NCBI GenBank assembly: GCA_051294375.1
Contig: CM119263.1
Location: 1,554,535 to 1,618,534, forward strand
Reading direction: 5' to 3'
DNA: 64,000 nucleotides
Source: Paraspadella gotoi
Lineage: Eukaryota > Animalia > Chaetognatha
The position numbers and the translations under genes are program-made. The notes below the pieces were generated by a model. The model searched no databases. It saw only the letters and a program-made list of their open reading frames with translations, and was not told the origin of the DNA. Within the stretch, counting starts at the first letter, position 1, and each line of letters starts with the position of its first letter. Shown piece after piece: positions 25,232 to 38,735 of the stretch.

Positions 25232-26345
25232 CAATCAGGCGGAGGGACGTTCAATCAGGCGGAGAAAAGACAGACAAGAGCGAATCAATTTGTGGAGGAA
25301 AAAAGGAGAAAAGAAGAGAAGAGGAAAGAAAAGAGAATAAATCACTGAAAAAAGTGAATAGAAAGGTGTGTGAATCACTGAATCACTGAAATAGAGAATG
25401 GAAAGGTATGTGAATGACGTCGGTAGAGAATGGGCAAGTGAATTAATCACTGAAAATCACTGAAGAAAAGAATATAAAGTTGAATGTTTCACTGGTGAAG
25501 AAGAAGAAAAAGTGAATGAATCACTGAAAAAAAATTTAGAGATGAATAAATCGATAAGGATAAAATGAGAATGAAAAAAAAATTTTAAAAAAACCTAAGG
25601 TGTAATGTATGGATAGCGATAAAATTAAAATAATTCTAAAACTAAAGAAAGAAAATAAAGAAAGAAAAAGGTAGAGAAAAATTAAACTAAAGGAAACTTA
25701 AGTATGAAACAAATAACTGAATCGTTTAAATAAACAAACATAATTATGACGCAAATTGAGTTGCTTTGGTGACGCGTCATGACATCTTATCTGCAGCCAA
25801 AATAATTGACAAAAAAAGTCGATCAAATATCAAGCATGTTTCACGGACAAAAGTTGCAAATGTTCACCAATGGGGACATCTGTCAACAAACGCGCGATTT
25901 TATGCTGATTCGCAAAATTAATTAACGTATTCTGTCTCTCTCTCTCTCTNNNNNNNNNNNNNNNNNNNNNNNNNNNNNNNNNNNNNNNNNNNNNNNNNNN
26001 NNNNNNNNNNNNNNNNNNNNNNNNNNNNNNNNNNNNNNNNNNNNNNNNNNNNNNNNNNNNNNNNNNNNNNNNNNNNNNNNNNNNNNNNNNNNNNNNNNNN
26101 NNNNNNNNNNNNNNNTCTCTCTCTCTCTCTCGGGTCTTCCCGATCACGTGACCTCGCGCGTTTTGTTTGTCTCTCGGATCGAATTCGTTGCGTAAACAAA
26201 TGGATAAGAAAAAGAAAGAGAGGAATTAGAAGAAGGAGAAATAATAAAGAGAAGAAAAAAAGGGAAAAATAAAAAGAAGAAGAAAAGGGAAAAATATAAA
26301 GAAGAAGAAAAGAGAAAAATAAAAAGAAGAAGAAAACAGAAGAAT

Positions 26346-26669
26346 AACAAGAACGGTAGTTCAAATGTGTTGCGCCGCAGTGACTGACTTATCACGTGTA
26401 TTTCTCATAACATGACGTGACATGATGTGACAGGACGTGATATGACATGACTACAATAACTTTTTTTGCCCGTGTACATGTATTTATGACACACACTGCA
26501 TAGGAAATCGTTTTTGTTCTTTATAGTTTTCATGATTTCCTGAAGGCGGCGCGAGCAGTCCCTTATATTTGACATTTTTAACGTAAGTGGGACAGACATA
26601 CCGATCGACAGACCGACCGAAAAGTGACCTATAGAGTTGCTTCGCGAGTACTCGCGGCGCTACTAAAAA
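26346..26669. mobile_element. Non-autonomous Helentron/HINE (DINE-1/Pearl-like) element, family C copy 1
   Basis: Shares its start aagaacggtagttc, an internal agtgggacaga plus GACC/GACA microsatellite, and a terminal palindrome (cgcgagtactcgcg) followed by ctaaaaa with 52462-52781. Confidence 0.6.
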
Positions 26670-26680
26670 CATATAACATT

Positions 26681-26846
26681 AAATAAACGAGACTGTGAAA
26701 GAGTCTTGATTGAAAGCTGGCAGAGACCTTCCATGTTATTATCTGTAAAGTATGATGGAGGCATTAAACCACCATAGCATGTCAAAATTTTGTGGAAAGA
26801 TAGCTTATTTATTTAATGAATGGATAATTTTTATGTTGGTTGTAAC
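26681..26846 (+). mobile_element. Family B repeat, truncated diverged copy
   Basis: aataaacgagactgtgaaagagtcttgattgaaagct...gatagcttatt...ttggttgta. Confidence 0.75.
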
Positions 26847-28012
26847 AGGAGAAAAAGTAAAAAAAGTAAAAAAAATAAATAAAACTAAGAAATATTAGAG
26901 AAAAGTCTCGTACTCAACATTGATAAAGACGACAACGACAACAACGACAACAACGACAACAACGACGACAACGACAACAGCAACCAGGACCAGTCAACCG
27001 AATCGAGAGAAAACAGTCAAGTTGTTTTGAGAGTCATCTTTCTATTTTTCTTTCTGTTTTTCTTTCTCTCTGAACTTTTTTCCTTCGCTTCTTTTTCTTT
27101 CTTATTCTTTCTTTTCGATCCACTGACTTTTATCTTATATTCACGAATCGTTCCTTTTTTCACGTTTTTATTTTATTTTATTTTTTTACAAAAAGTTAAA
27201 TCTTCATCATTATTGTCGTCGTCNNNNNNNNNNTCGTCGTCGTCATCGGTGGTCGTCACTGTGGTCGTCACGTGATCCTTCACCGCGTAATGTGGTCGTT
27301 TTGGTCGTCGTCGACGTCATCGTCAGCGACTGACCATTTCTTCTCATTATCTTCTTCCTCCTCCTCCTGCTCCTCCTCCTCCTCTTCCTCCTCTTGATCT
27401 CCCCCTCGTTAACAAGGGCCGTTTTATGGCCTCAACCGCTTCGCCGGTCGCTTCGATTGGGAAGAAGGAAAAAAAAAGGGAGAAAAAAAAGTAAAAGAAA
27501 GAGAAAGGAAAAGGAAGAGAAGGGAGAGAAAAGAAAGTGAAAGGAAACAAAGAAAAAAATAAAACAAAGAAAGAAAAAAGAAAATGAAGTGAAACTAAAA
27601 AATTAAGGAAACAAAATAAATAAAAATTAAGGAAACCTTAAATAAAAGGAAATTAAATATAAGGAAAGGAAGGAGAAAGGACGCGAGATGCATCCTCATT
27701 TTAAAGGCCAACCTCCTTTGCCCCATTTGCCACTTTTGCCCTCCATCCTCTCTTCGCCCGTTTTTTACTTCCTCCTCCTCCTCTTCCTCCTCTTCCTTCT
27801 CCTTTCTCCCTGATCGTCGCGACAACCGATAAAATGCCCACTTCGTTTTGCACTCCCTCTCTCCCTCTCCTCCTTCCCTCTCTCCTCCTAACCTCTTCTC
27901 TTCTCGTGACCTCTCTCTGCTCTCTCTCTCTCTCTTCTCTCTTAAATAAGATTAGATAGTATTTCTGGTCTCTGGAGGCTCCTTTTATTAAAACTCGCCC
28001 ATAACCAATTCT

Positions 28013-28085
<73 letters not shown>

Positions 28086-28215
28086 CCTCCCGTCTCCTAC
28101 CCCCTCTCGAGCATCCAATTACTTTTTGAAATTGACCCCATCGTCGAATGAGGGGCCAGGCATTCTCCCCGAGAGGGCCAGCGGGGCGGGCAGCGCTGAG
28201 GGGAGATCCAAATGT

Positions 28216-28240
28216 TGACCTTTGACCTCGATTGCAGGTG
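28216..28240. promoter_or_regulatory. Perfect DR1 element with adjacent GCAGGTG E-box
   Basis: TGACCT-T-TGACCT at 28216-28228; GCAGGTG at 28234-28240. Confidence 0.45.
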
Positions 28241-28310
28241 AACATGTGGAAAGACGATGAAATTCCTTTGTCCGGAAGAATAAAGACGGCTTCCGGAGCC
28301 GAGGGAGGGA

Positions 28311-28905
28311 GAGCTCATTGATTAATTTTTTTAGTTGGTTGAATAAAGTATTAATTAAAGAGCTTTTTAACGCTTATTTTATCAAGAATGTTTCCTTTAA
28401 AATTTATTTTATTTATTTGTTCATTGTTTAAAACGTTAAAGAAGCTCAGCGTTTATTTTTGTCCCCTCTTTACTAAATACTATTATTTTTTTTCCTTGGC
28501 TTTCATTTATTTTTTTTTTTCATTTAAAAAAAACCCTTCACTTCACTCGGAAACCTTTTTATTTGCAAATGAAAAATGAGAGAGAGAGAGAGAGAGAGAG
28601 ANNNNNNNNNNNNNNNNNNNNNNNNNGCGAGGACGAGCTTCCATTGATTAATTTTTTTTAGTTGGTTGAATAAAGTATTAATTAAAGAGCTTTTAACGCT
28701 TATTTTTTTCAAAGAATGTTTCTTTAAAATTATTTTATTTATTGTTCATTGTTTAAAACGTTAAAGAAGCTCAGCGTTTATTTTTGTCCCCTCTTTACTA
28801 AAAATACTATTATTTTTTTCCTTGGCTTTCATTTATTTTTTTTTTTTCATTTTAAAAAAAACCCTTTCACTTCACTCGGAAACCTTTTTATTTTGAAATG
28901 ACAAT
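28311..28905. repeat. ~290-bp direct duplication flanking a 25-N gap (probable assembly artefact)
   Basis: 28311-28601 is repeated at 28635-28905, differing mainly in homopolymer lengths. N run at 28602-28626. Confidence 0.85.
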
Positions 28906-29176
28906 ATGGAGAGAGAAGAGATGAGAGAGGAGGAGAGAAAGAAGAGAAGGGAGAGAAGAGAGAGAGAGAGAGAGAGAGATTTGAAGAATGGGATAGTTGA
29001 AGTGATTTCGAAGCCATCGCTGAATAGTTTTCAATCTTTCAATTGCGAAAGCGTAACGTATTTTTTCTTTGAAAATACAGTTACTTTTTAAAACTTTATA
29101 AACTTTGATGAAAAACACGACCGATTCTTCGGCTTTTAGTTTTTTTCCGGTTCTGCCCCTTGTTGGCAACGGAGAA

Positions 29177-29256
<80 letters not shown>

Positions 29257-29575
29257 AGAGAGACAGAGAGAGAGAGAGAATTATTTTGTTTTTATTTCAT
29301 TCTCAAGCCGTTTTCTCCTTCTCAACGTGTAGAGGACCACTATCCCGATGGATCTTCGCTCAGCAAAAAGAAAAGTTAAAAAAAAAAGAATTTTAATCTT
29401 TTTAACAAATTTTGCTTTGTTTCCAGCTTCTGACCCTCTTCAGTTACTGTACTGCTATGATTTCTCTCTTTTTTTATGCTGCTTCTTCCTGATTAGCAGT
29501 CCAGTCAAGAAGAAAGTCAAACAACCTCTCTTCTCTCTCTCTCTCTCTCTCTCTCTGTATCTCTCTCTTCTCTCT

Positions 29576-29634
<59 letters not shown>

Positions 29635-30189
29635 CCCTCGCGTTCATTCAACCAGAAAACAGTGCGGGCTCCCGAATTGCTCGGGGCTTTCTTTCAGCTT
29701 CATGGTTACGAAACTGAGCGGAGAGCAGTTGTTGTCCATAGCGGGCCTCACAACGAGCGCTGCCTCACATCGCTAAAGTGAGACGATTGTAAAGTGAAGA
29801 CGTGAAAACTGGAAGGGATTGTTGGCAACATGAGAAATGTCTCTTTGCTTAGTTTTGTTACACGGAGGTTGAATTGCTGACCCTTAGTAGTACCGTCACT
29901 GCTAATATTTCACCTTTAATACTTTTACTTTTCCATCGCCGGATATACCGCAGACAATCTCACTCACGTTTCTACCAAATACGTTCCTCACTCAATCCCG
30001 GTTCCTCACGCCCAACCACGGGTCCCTGCGCCCATCCCAGTCCTTCGCATTTACGCCACGGAAAAATTTTGGTGATTTGAGAAGATTTGATCTTGACTTG
30101 ATTCGTCTCTTTTGTTGACTGAAAAAGGAAGAGAGGAATTAAGGGGAGGAATAGAGCAAGGGAATTAGAAGGGGAAGAGGGGAAGGGAG

Positions 30190-30470
30190 AAGAGGAGGAG
30201 GTTATGAGAGGGATTAGAGAATGGGGAAGGAGGAGAGGGGAAAAAGAGGGGAGGTTATGAAGAGTTAGAGAAAGGGAAGGGAGGAGAGGGAGGAAAAGAG
30301 GGGAGGTTATGAAGAGGGTTAGAGAAAGGGGAAGGGAGGAGAGGGAAAAGAGGGCGGGTTATGAAGAGGTTAGAGAAAGGGGAAGGGGAGAGGGGAAAAG
30401 AGGGGAGGTTATGAAAGAGGTAGAGAAAGGAAAGAGGGAAAAGAGGGGTTTATGAAGGTTAGAAAAGGGA
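30190..30470. repeat. ~45-50-bp purine-rich minisatellite
   Basis: aagaggggaggttatgaagagggttagagaaaggggaaggg repeated ~6 times. Confidence 0.85.
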
Positions 30471-30733
30471 GAAAATTGATAATAAAGAAATGGGTAAAAA
30501 TGAATAAGCGGGGAGTGAAAAGTGGAGAAGTCTGATGAAGATATTGAAATACTTTTTTAACAAATCATCATAATTTTTTTTTATTTTTGATCATACATCT
30601 AATTCGAATTCACGAATATAATAATTATCCATTTATATACAATAATTAAGTCGTATCTTGCCCCTGACTTCAGACATAGTTTAGGTGAGATTAAGGGCGT
30701 TCCATTACTAGGTATTACAAGATAATAACAGAA

Positions 30734-30815
30734 AGACAAGACAAGACAAGACAAGACAAGACAAGACAAGACAAGACAAGACAAGACAAGACAAGACAAG
30801 ACAAACAAGACAAGA
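30734..30815. repeat. (GACAA)n microsatellite
   Basis: Direct reading. Confidence 0.95.
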
Positions 30816-31030
30816 AAAGCCCCACAAAGCTTTTAATATTTTTCATTTGTTTAAAACGCTAAAGGCTAATAAGCAATAAATTTAGTCAAAGAAATATACT
30901 TTTTCTCTCATACAGAAACCAATAGAAGAAGATCTGAAGGAGACAAAGCGAGTACGATAGAGAAGGAGAGAGCAAGAAAAGTTAAAGGAAAGGAGGAAGA
31001 AGGAAGAGTATGGAGCGGAGAGAGAGAGAC

Positions 31031-31080
<50 letters not shown>

Positions 31081-31081
31081 G

Positions 31082-31132
<51 letters not shown>

Positions 31133-31231
31133 GAAACGAGAGAGAGAGAGAGAGAGGGAGAGAGAATTTCATCTTATTTCTTGGTGGAGGCAATCAAGCG
31201 TTTTTCGGCCGCTGAATATTCGATTCTGGTG

Positions 31232-31281
<50 letters not shown>

Positions 31282-31287
31282 GATTTC

Positions 31288-31330
<43 letters not shown>

Positions 31331-31834
31331 TAAATGGGTCCGAATAAGAAATGGAAATTTGGAAAGAGGTAGATTTATAGAAAAGAAAAGAGTAACGGAT
31401 AAATATGATAAATATGTCCTTAATTATTATGTCAATTATTGACTAAGTTTGTAAAAAGTAAAACTAGTAAGGTAATATATTCCCTTAAAACCCATTCTCC
31501 TTTTCTCCTTTTCTTCCTTTTCTCCATTTTCTCTTTCCTCCATTTTCTCATTTTTTTCCTTTTTCCCCTTTATTCCCTTTTTTTTCTCCTTTTCCTTTTT
31601 TTCTCATTTTCCTCCTTTTTCTTATTTTCCTCCTTTTCCTCATTTTTTCTTTTCCTCCTTTTCCTCTCCTTTCCTCCTTTTCCTCCTCTCGTCTTCCATC
31701 GTCGCTTTTTTCGTCTTCGTATTTTCATCGTCTTTCTCATCGTCGTCGTTTCGTGGTTCTCGTTGGATCGTCGTCGTCATTTTCGTCTTGAGGTCGTCGT
31801 AATGTTCGTCGTCGTCTTTATCCTCGTCTTGTGA

Positions 31835-31866
<32 letters not shown>

Positions 31867-33364
31867 TTTATCCTCGTCGTCGTCCTCGATTTCGTTGACT
31901 TTTATCGGACCAAAAAAAACAAAACAAAAAAAACCGCAGAGAAAAACAAACTTTATTTTAAGGAAAATATTTTATATATGTTTTAAAAGTGAATACATAT
32001 ATAAACATTATTTTTCAGAGAAACATTCAAAGGTTCTTTTGAGTTTCGATATAAAAGAAATGAATCACGTGATCCTTGACCTTCCTTCATTTTTCATCTC
32101 AACGAAAGCGACGCCGTTAGGGTCATTCATTATTTATTGTTCCCTTTGTTAATGTAGTTACTTCTCTATTTCTTTTCGATATTATCTCCCTCTCAACATA
32201 TCTAGAGTCACTTTCTCTCCCAGCCAAAATCTTTTCTTTCCTCCCATCCGTCTTCCTATTTCCTCCCTTCGCTCATTCACTTCCTCCTCCCGAATATCAA
32301 TCCTCCCTTTTATCATATTCAATTCTCCCTTTTATCATATTCAATCCTTCCATCATATTCAATCCTTCCTGATTGTCGTCTTTTCTCCGTTTTTTCGCTC
32401 TAAATAACTTGACCCTTGACCCGAGAGGATTCCCGACTTCCTTTCCTTTTCTTCCTTCCGTTTCCTCCCTTTTCTTTTTCCGTTTCCTCCCTTTTATTTT
32501 TCCGCTTCCTCCCTTTTATTATTCCGCTTCCTCCCTTTTCTTTTTCCGTTTCCTATCTTTTCTTTTTATAGTTGCCTCCCTTTTCTTTTTCTACCTCTTC
32601 CTCTTTCTTTCTCCTTTCTGCCTCTTATTTTTTATCGTCCGAACCGAGTGAAAACAAACAAATTTTCTTAAATTTAAAATAAAGTATTTTCAAATTTTTA
32701 ACTTAAACTCAACTGACCACCGGTTTAATCAATGATCTCGTGATCAAAATTCGCTCACGTTTTAATATTCTGTTCACGCGGATTCTTCTTTTTGGTCACG
32801 TGACCTCACAATTTCGATCACGCGCTCGAAACGCGCTGGTCACGTGTCACGGTCGCGCATATGAACGAGAGAAATCCAAAAATCATCTCATTCAGAGACA
32901 GAGAGACGGAGAGAGGGAGAGAGAAAGAGAGAGGGAGAGAGAGACAGAGAGGGAAAGAGAGAGAAAGGGAGAAAGAGAGAGAGATAGGGAAAGATGGATA
33001 GGGAGAGCTTTAACTTTAAAAGGAAATGTGTGTATGCTTGATATATTTAATAACTAAGGAAAAATTTAAAGACCGCAACTCGGAATTCTAAGTCGGTGAC
33101 TTCAAAAGCCATCAGCCAAAATTGTTCCTTGTGCCCTGTTGCCGTGGCTCACCGNNNNNNNNNNCGCCGCCTATTTTGTTGTGCCGCTGGCCTAGATTTC
33201 GTGATGTTCCATTCAATCAAGACTCAAATAAAAAGTCAACCACCTGTTTAGCATTTATTTCCTCTTCCATTTTTTCGTCTTTAAATCCGATTTTANNNNN
33301 NNNNNNNNNNNNNNNNNNNNATCCGAATTTTACTTCGCAGTTTTTGTTGCTTTTCCGCCTCAAG

Positions 33365-33643
33365 GACCGACCGACCGATTGACCGACCGACCGACCGACC
33401 CCGACCGACCGACCGAACGACGACCGACCCGACGACCGACCGACCGACCGACGACGAGCCGGACCGAACGACCGACCGACCGAGCGACCGACGGACCCGA
33501 CCCGACCGAGCGACGACCGACCGACCCGACCGACGACGACCGACCGACCGACCGACCGACCGGACCGACCGGACCCGATCCGACCGACCGACCGACCGAC
33601 CGACGACCGACCCGACCGACCGACGACCGACCGACGACCGACC
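33365..33643. repeat. (GACC)n microsatellite, imperfect
   Basis: Direct reading. Confidence 0.95.
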
Positions 33644-33706
33644 TGGTTTTCGGATTTTACGGACGCATTAGCCGAATCAGACAATTATAAATTTTCCATT
33701 CATAGA

Positions 33707-34346
33707 AAGTAGATTGGACCTTGTTGACTTCCACCTGATCTATACATTCAGGATATCATATTCACTAGTATCTGACTAGTAAGGCCCCTTGTTCCTTCTT
33801 CCTCCGTCAGGCCCCCTTTTTTTCCCTTTCCTTGATTCAGCCCTTGTTCCTTCCCTTCTTCTGCCAGGCCCCTCTTTTTCCCTTCCCTCCCTGTCAGGCG
33901 ACCAGAAAAACGAATCCAGATTCCGATGACTTTTTAATGGGTTCACTTTTTTGCATCATAGTCGGCAAACGGTGCGGTCAGTTTGGCGGCACCAGTGGAG
34001 AAAGGAATAGGAGGCGGAGGAGGAGGAGGAGGCAGGAGGAGGAGAGAGGAGAGAGGAGAGGAGGGGGATAAGGGTAGTGAGAAGAAAAAGTGGAAAGGTT
34101 GATTAAAAATATATTAGAAATAGAATGTTCCGAAATTTCTTTTTATACAAAATAGATCCAACACTTTGGAATCAGTTCGTCCTGGCTTCCTCTTTTCTAC
34201 CCCAAAAAACTAAAACTAAATTTAATTCTTGTTTGATCCTTCGAAAACTTCTGTCGCGCTGAGCCTGTTCTCAGTTCTTGAATAATTTCAGGGCCGAGAG
34301 AGAGAGAGAGAGAGGAGAGAGAGGAGAGATGAGAGAGAAGAGAGAT

Positions 34347-34384
<38 letters not shown>

Positions 34385-34800
34385 GAGAGAGAAAGAGGAG
34401 AAGAGATAAGAGAGAGAGAGAGAAGAGAAAAAGAGAAGAGAAAGAGAAAGAGAAAGAGAGAGAGAGGGAGAGAGAGTAGAGAGAGAGAGAAAAAAAAGTT
34501 TTCTTGAGAAGGTCCTTCCCTGACGTTGAAGGATTGAGGAACCCTCCAGTGTTTTGCTTCTGTTTTGGTGATGAAAATCGAAATTGAAGTTTGGAGCAAA
34601 AAGGATTGAGAAAGAGGCTCGCGATCCCGTCCACCCGCAGGTCCGGGAATGAAAGGAGAGAGAGAGAGAGAGAAAGAGAGAAGAGAGAGAGGAAGATGAG
34701 AGAGAGAGAGAAGAGAGAGAGAGAGAAAGTGTTTTGTCGCCCAAGTATCTGACGACTTTTCTTTCCATTCGGCCCCACTTTCAAAACCCGGGCGCTCTCA
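33707..34800 (+). repeat. ~1.1-kb segment, copy 1 of a local direct duplication
   Basis: Colinear with 38736-40018 from aagtagatt to gggcgctctca. Confidence 0.9.
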
Positions 34801-35763
34801 TGTTTGTTATTTAGTTTAGTTTGAGAATGAGTCAACAATTTTGTCACCTTTTTGACTTGTCTTGCCAGATATAATTTTTACACATTTATGGATTCGCCGA
34901 AACCTCTGACCGTTTAGAGTTTTATTATTGGCTACTATTACAAGCTGATTGATTCTATTACTACATTATCTTCTTTTTTTATCGTGTTTCAATTTTATAT
35001 CACTTTTGTTTATTTTGCTTGATACTGTTTTTTGCTGTTAACCCTGCCTATCGTTATGCATTTTTTTTTCTCGGTTTTCTCTTTTATTTTGTTTATGTTA
35101 CTGTCTTTTTAGACTTAGTAAGTTTTGTAGAGTACTTTAATAAATATTTATTTAACTTTTCATACTAACAGTATTTTCGTTTGCATTTGTTTTCAAATTA
35201 AAATGTTATTACCAGTGTCAAGTACATGATAGCCAGTGGATAAAGCTAGCTTCGTGAGAATCATTGAGGTCAAAATGACTATTGAATTCAATTCAGTCTA
35301 TGATTGAATTTTTTGTCTCAAGTATTTGACTGTTGTACTATAATTAATTTGAAGCTATGACGCCGAATTATAAAGTAGATTAAAGCGACTGAGTATTTTA
35401 ACTCTGGAAGGCTGGGGTTTCGGCCTAATTCGATCGGTTCCTAGTGCTTTGAAACTTAAAGTAAACATTGGTTCCTCGTTTCGTTTTGAAAAATAAATCT
35501 CATTAGTTTGTAACAATAATTGTTACTGTACGGAGTCCGTCACACACGGACTGTATGAATTATAAATTATTCAAATAGTTTTTTTGTTATCACGAAATTG
35601 GGACTTACAATTGATTAAACATTGCTAGTACTAATTTGGGCAGCGTTCAAGGCGGACACTGGCCAGTTGTACGGCCCAAGACTGGAAGGACGCCGACGGT
35701 GCAAAAAGGTAAAACTTACGGGCGCCGGGCAGTACGCGGGCGATTCCGGTTGAAACTGGGCGT

Positions 35764-35841
35764 TTTCCAGTGGCGAAGTCTTGTAGAGCACGGACTCTTA
35801 ATCCTGGGTTCGTGGGGTTCGAGCCCCACATTCGGGCGCCA
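35764..35841 (+). pseudogene. tRNA-Lys(CTT)-like sequence ending in CCA (pseudogene/retrocopy, or error-containing tRNA gene)
   Basis: gtagagca-cggact-CTT-aatcc-tgggttcgtggggttcgagccccacattcgggcgCCA closely follows metazoan tRNA-Lys-CTT. Anticodon at 35797-35799, T-arm gtggg/cccac. The 5' acceptor strand does not pair. Confidence 0.7.
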
Positions 35842-36329
35842 CTCAACTAAGGTCGGGTAGTCTGACTGAAATCTAGGTAAGTTAAGACGGGGGGAAATTG
35901 GTGGGAAAGGAAAATATTAATGTAGCGGCCTAAATCGGCGGTTAAAAAAAAATGGGTAACAGAGACTGAACGGTGAGCAGGACGGTTGAAGAGAGAAAGA
36001 GAGAAAAAGCGTGAATGAAAAACCTAAAACCCTGGACTCGAGCCTGGATCTCCGGGAGGAGGGGGAGGAGGATGAGGAGAAAATGATGCAGGAAACGGTG
36101 CATGATGGCGGAAACCTATCGGTTCTTCTGATTCCATTTTTAGATCTCAAGGGATTAAGATGCAATATATATAAGTTTATCACTTGGTTTTAATTTTCTA
36201 ATTGACAACTTTGGCAGATCTACAATTATTTCAGGTAACTTCAAAAACTAATAGACAGATTATGCATTAATCCATAGCTATCTATCCGTCACTCTTTTTT
36301 GAGGCACAGACCACTGTTACCGACAATAT

Positions 36330-36858
36330 CTTGATTTTACATTTAATATAAAAGAAAATGAAGCATAATCAATTGGGGAAACTAATTTCCACTCAAACGA
36401 GTCCATCAAAATAAATTTCTAGCTTAATCAGGACACTTCCTATCCACATTAAAAAAAATTTCAATTCAATTGCTTCTCCCACCTCCACGAGTAATTTGGC
36501 CGTTCAAATTAGTGAAAATAGATTTTTTGGTTTTTTTGCCAATTTTAAACGATCCGCTTCGCACGATTCCATTCCGAAAACTTATATCCCAGCTTACATA
36601 AAACACTTTCCTACCCCACACACAAAATTTCACTTCTAATCCATCCATCCAATCACGAGTAATTAGAGTTTTTGCTAAGGGAAAAAGGACCGACGGACGA
36701 CGGACGGTTCACGGACATCATTTTATTGCATAAATTTTATCATAATTTGATGTTCTGACATTTGATATAAATTGAATGCCCGACAGAATTTGAGGGGGCT
36801 GCGGACGACCGGACCGACAAAGTGGATTATAAGCTGTTAAAGCAGAGCCGACTAAAAA
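36330..36858. mobile_element. HINE/Pearl-like element, family D copy 1
   Basis: Core ttcctaccccacacacaaaatttcac...cacgagtaatt, then a (GGAC)n tract, ending aagcagagccgactaaaaa. Homologous to 55350-56666. Confidence 0.55.
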
Positions 36859-37259
36859 CAGATTAAAACTTAATTTTAAGCATGGAACAGAAAAAATATA
36901 AACATTCAGAAAGGAGAGAAAAAAAAAGAAAAGAAAATGGAACTTTTCTGTACGGAAATACAATGACTTCGGAGAATGAAACGTTTCTTGAATGAATACA
37001 TACATACATTCAGTTGATTGCCGTATAATTTTCCGCAATTGTTGTTTGTTTTGATCAGTTACCAAAACGGAGGAAACGTTTAGTCACAAACCAAGACCTA
37101 AGATTTGGTAACGCGGTCCCGGGAGGTTTTCGACTTAATTGATCTAAAACCAAAAGTCGGACACCTGGGCGCCGCTCGTTGCGGGAGGACCCTCCGGGCT
37201 TGACCAGAAGTCTCTCTCTCTCCTCATCCTTTTCTCTCCTCTCTCTCCCTCTCTCTCTC

Positions 37260-37298
<39 letters not shown>

Positions 37299-38735
37299 TC
37301 TCTCTCCTCTCTCTTCTCCTCTCCTTCACAATGAATTTTGATGAAGCCTTTAATGAATGAGTGGCGAACGAGAAGTGGGAAGAAAATGGCTGGTAAATGA
37401 GAAAAAAGAAAGAAAGAGAGTGCGGCGGGAGAAAGTTAGAAAGAAAGTACAGAAAGAAAGAAGAGAGCATTGCTATAGGTCGTTGGACGCGGGAAGCCCT
37501 CGAGAAGGCAAAACCGCTTCGCCTCCTGTACCTGACTTCTCTCGTCTCTCTTCTCCCTTCGTGAAGTACTATATAGATCGTGAGCGGTGTTTGGAAGGAA
37601 TAGGAAAATCCACCTTCTTCCCCTCACCTTCACGGGTTTGTCTCGAAGCCCATTGAAGTGACTGACCTGTAACAGAGCTGTAAAGCGCTATCAGCAGCTT
37701 CTTGAACCCCTTGTTACAGCCATGATATTGGGGTCCTAGTCCTTGGAAAACAAAGAAGGGCTTTTCTAGGGTTCTCCACACCCCTAAGGGGTTTATTGCG
37801 CAGTCCCTCATGCTTCACACAATGAGTAGTACAGGGTTGTGAATGAACCGGTTACCTCGGGGACAGAGCGAGTACTCAAATGAGCCAGTGGGTCACGCCG
37901 AGGCCAAGCCCGACTCCAGACGAGGGAGCGCAGTAATAGAAACCGAAGGAGGAAGAGTGAGATCCTATTGGCTCCTTCAAAGGTCGATAAGGACCTAATC
38001 AACATCGAGGTGGAACATATCATCGATCGAGAGAGAGAGAGAGAGAGAGAGAACGGAGAGACCGAGAGAACGAGAGAGAGGAGAGAGAGAGAGAGAGAGA
38101 CGAAAAGAGCCCCATTCCCTCTTACGATGCTTTCTGAGTCAAACGAAGATTAGCCGACTTAAACGAACTCGAATGACCGGAGACTCCAAACAACTGGACC
38201 AAAATTCCTGCCGCACAAAGCAAAACTCCTCCCTCTTCCTCTTCCTCCTCCTCTCTTTCTCCCTCCTTCTCTTTTTCCGATTTTAAGATTATTTCTTTTC
38301 TCCGCCTAGATCTTTTTATGTATTTGAATTTTTTTTTCTTTCAGAAAACACAAACTGTGGATGGTACTCTCAACAGAACGACTGTCAGAAGACTCCGCAT
38401 TTTTTCGTGTCATCCTTTTCTATAATATCTTATTCGGCTCATTTTTTGATCATTGAGAATCAAAGAAAAAATCGGGTCGAAAGACTATAATAACAGGATC
38501 TATGTGAACGAAGCAGACTCACTGCCCATCATATACAGTATCTTCATTAGATTTTTTCTTAAATATATAACAATATTTGTACGCACATAAAACAAACAAA
38601 TAAACACAAATTCAAAACTGATGCGCCGTTGAAGGCAAACCCACCAAAAATTTTATTAAAAAACCCGTTATTGTCATCCAAACTAAAACAGCCTCCGCGG
38701 TAACACTGTCGCAAGAATATATCTGCGTCGTGCGG

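Noticed and set aside
27278-27288. miR-124 antisense match (TTCACCGCGT)
   Set aside because: Only ~10 nt match, the seed is missing and there is no precursor hairpin.
37569-37811. Non-LTR reverse transcriptase C-terminal fragment (LGVW...LLIALYSSV)
   Set aside because: The resemblance is only a few residues in a noisy region, with no RT core motif. BLASTX would be needed.
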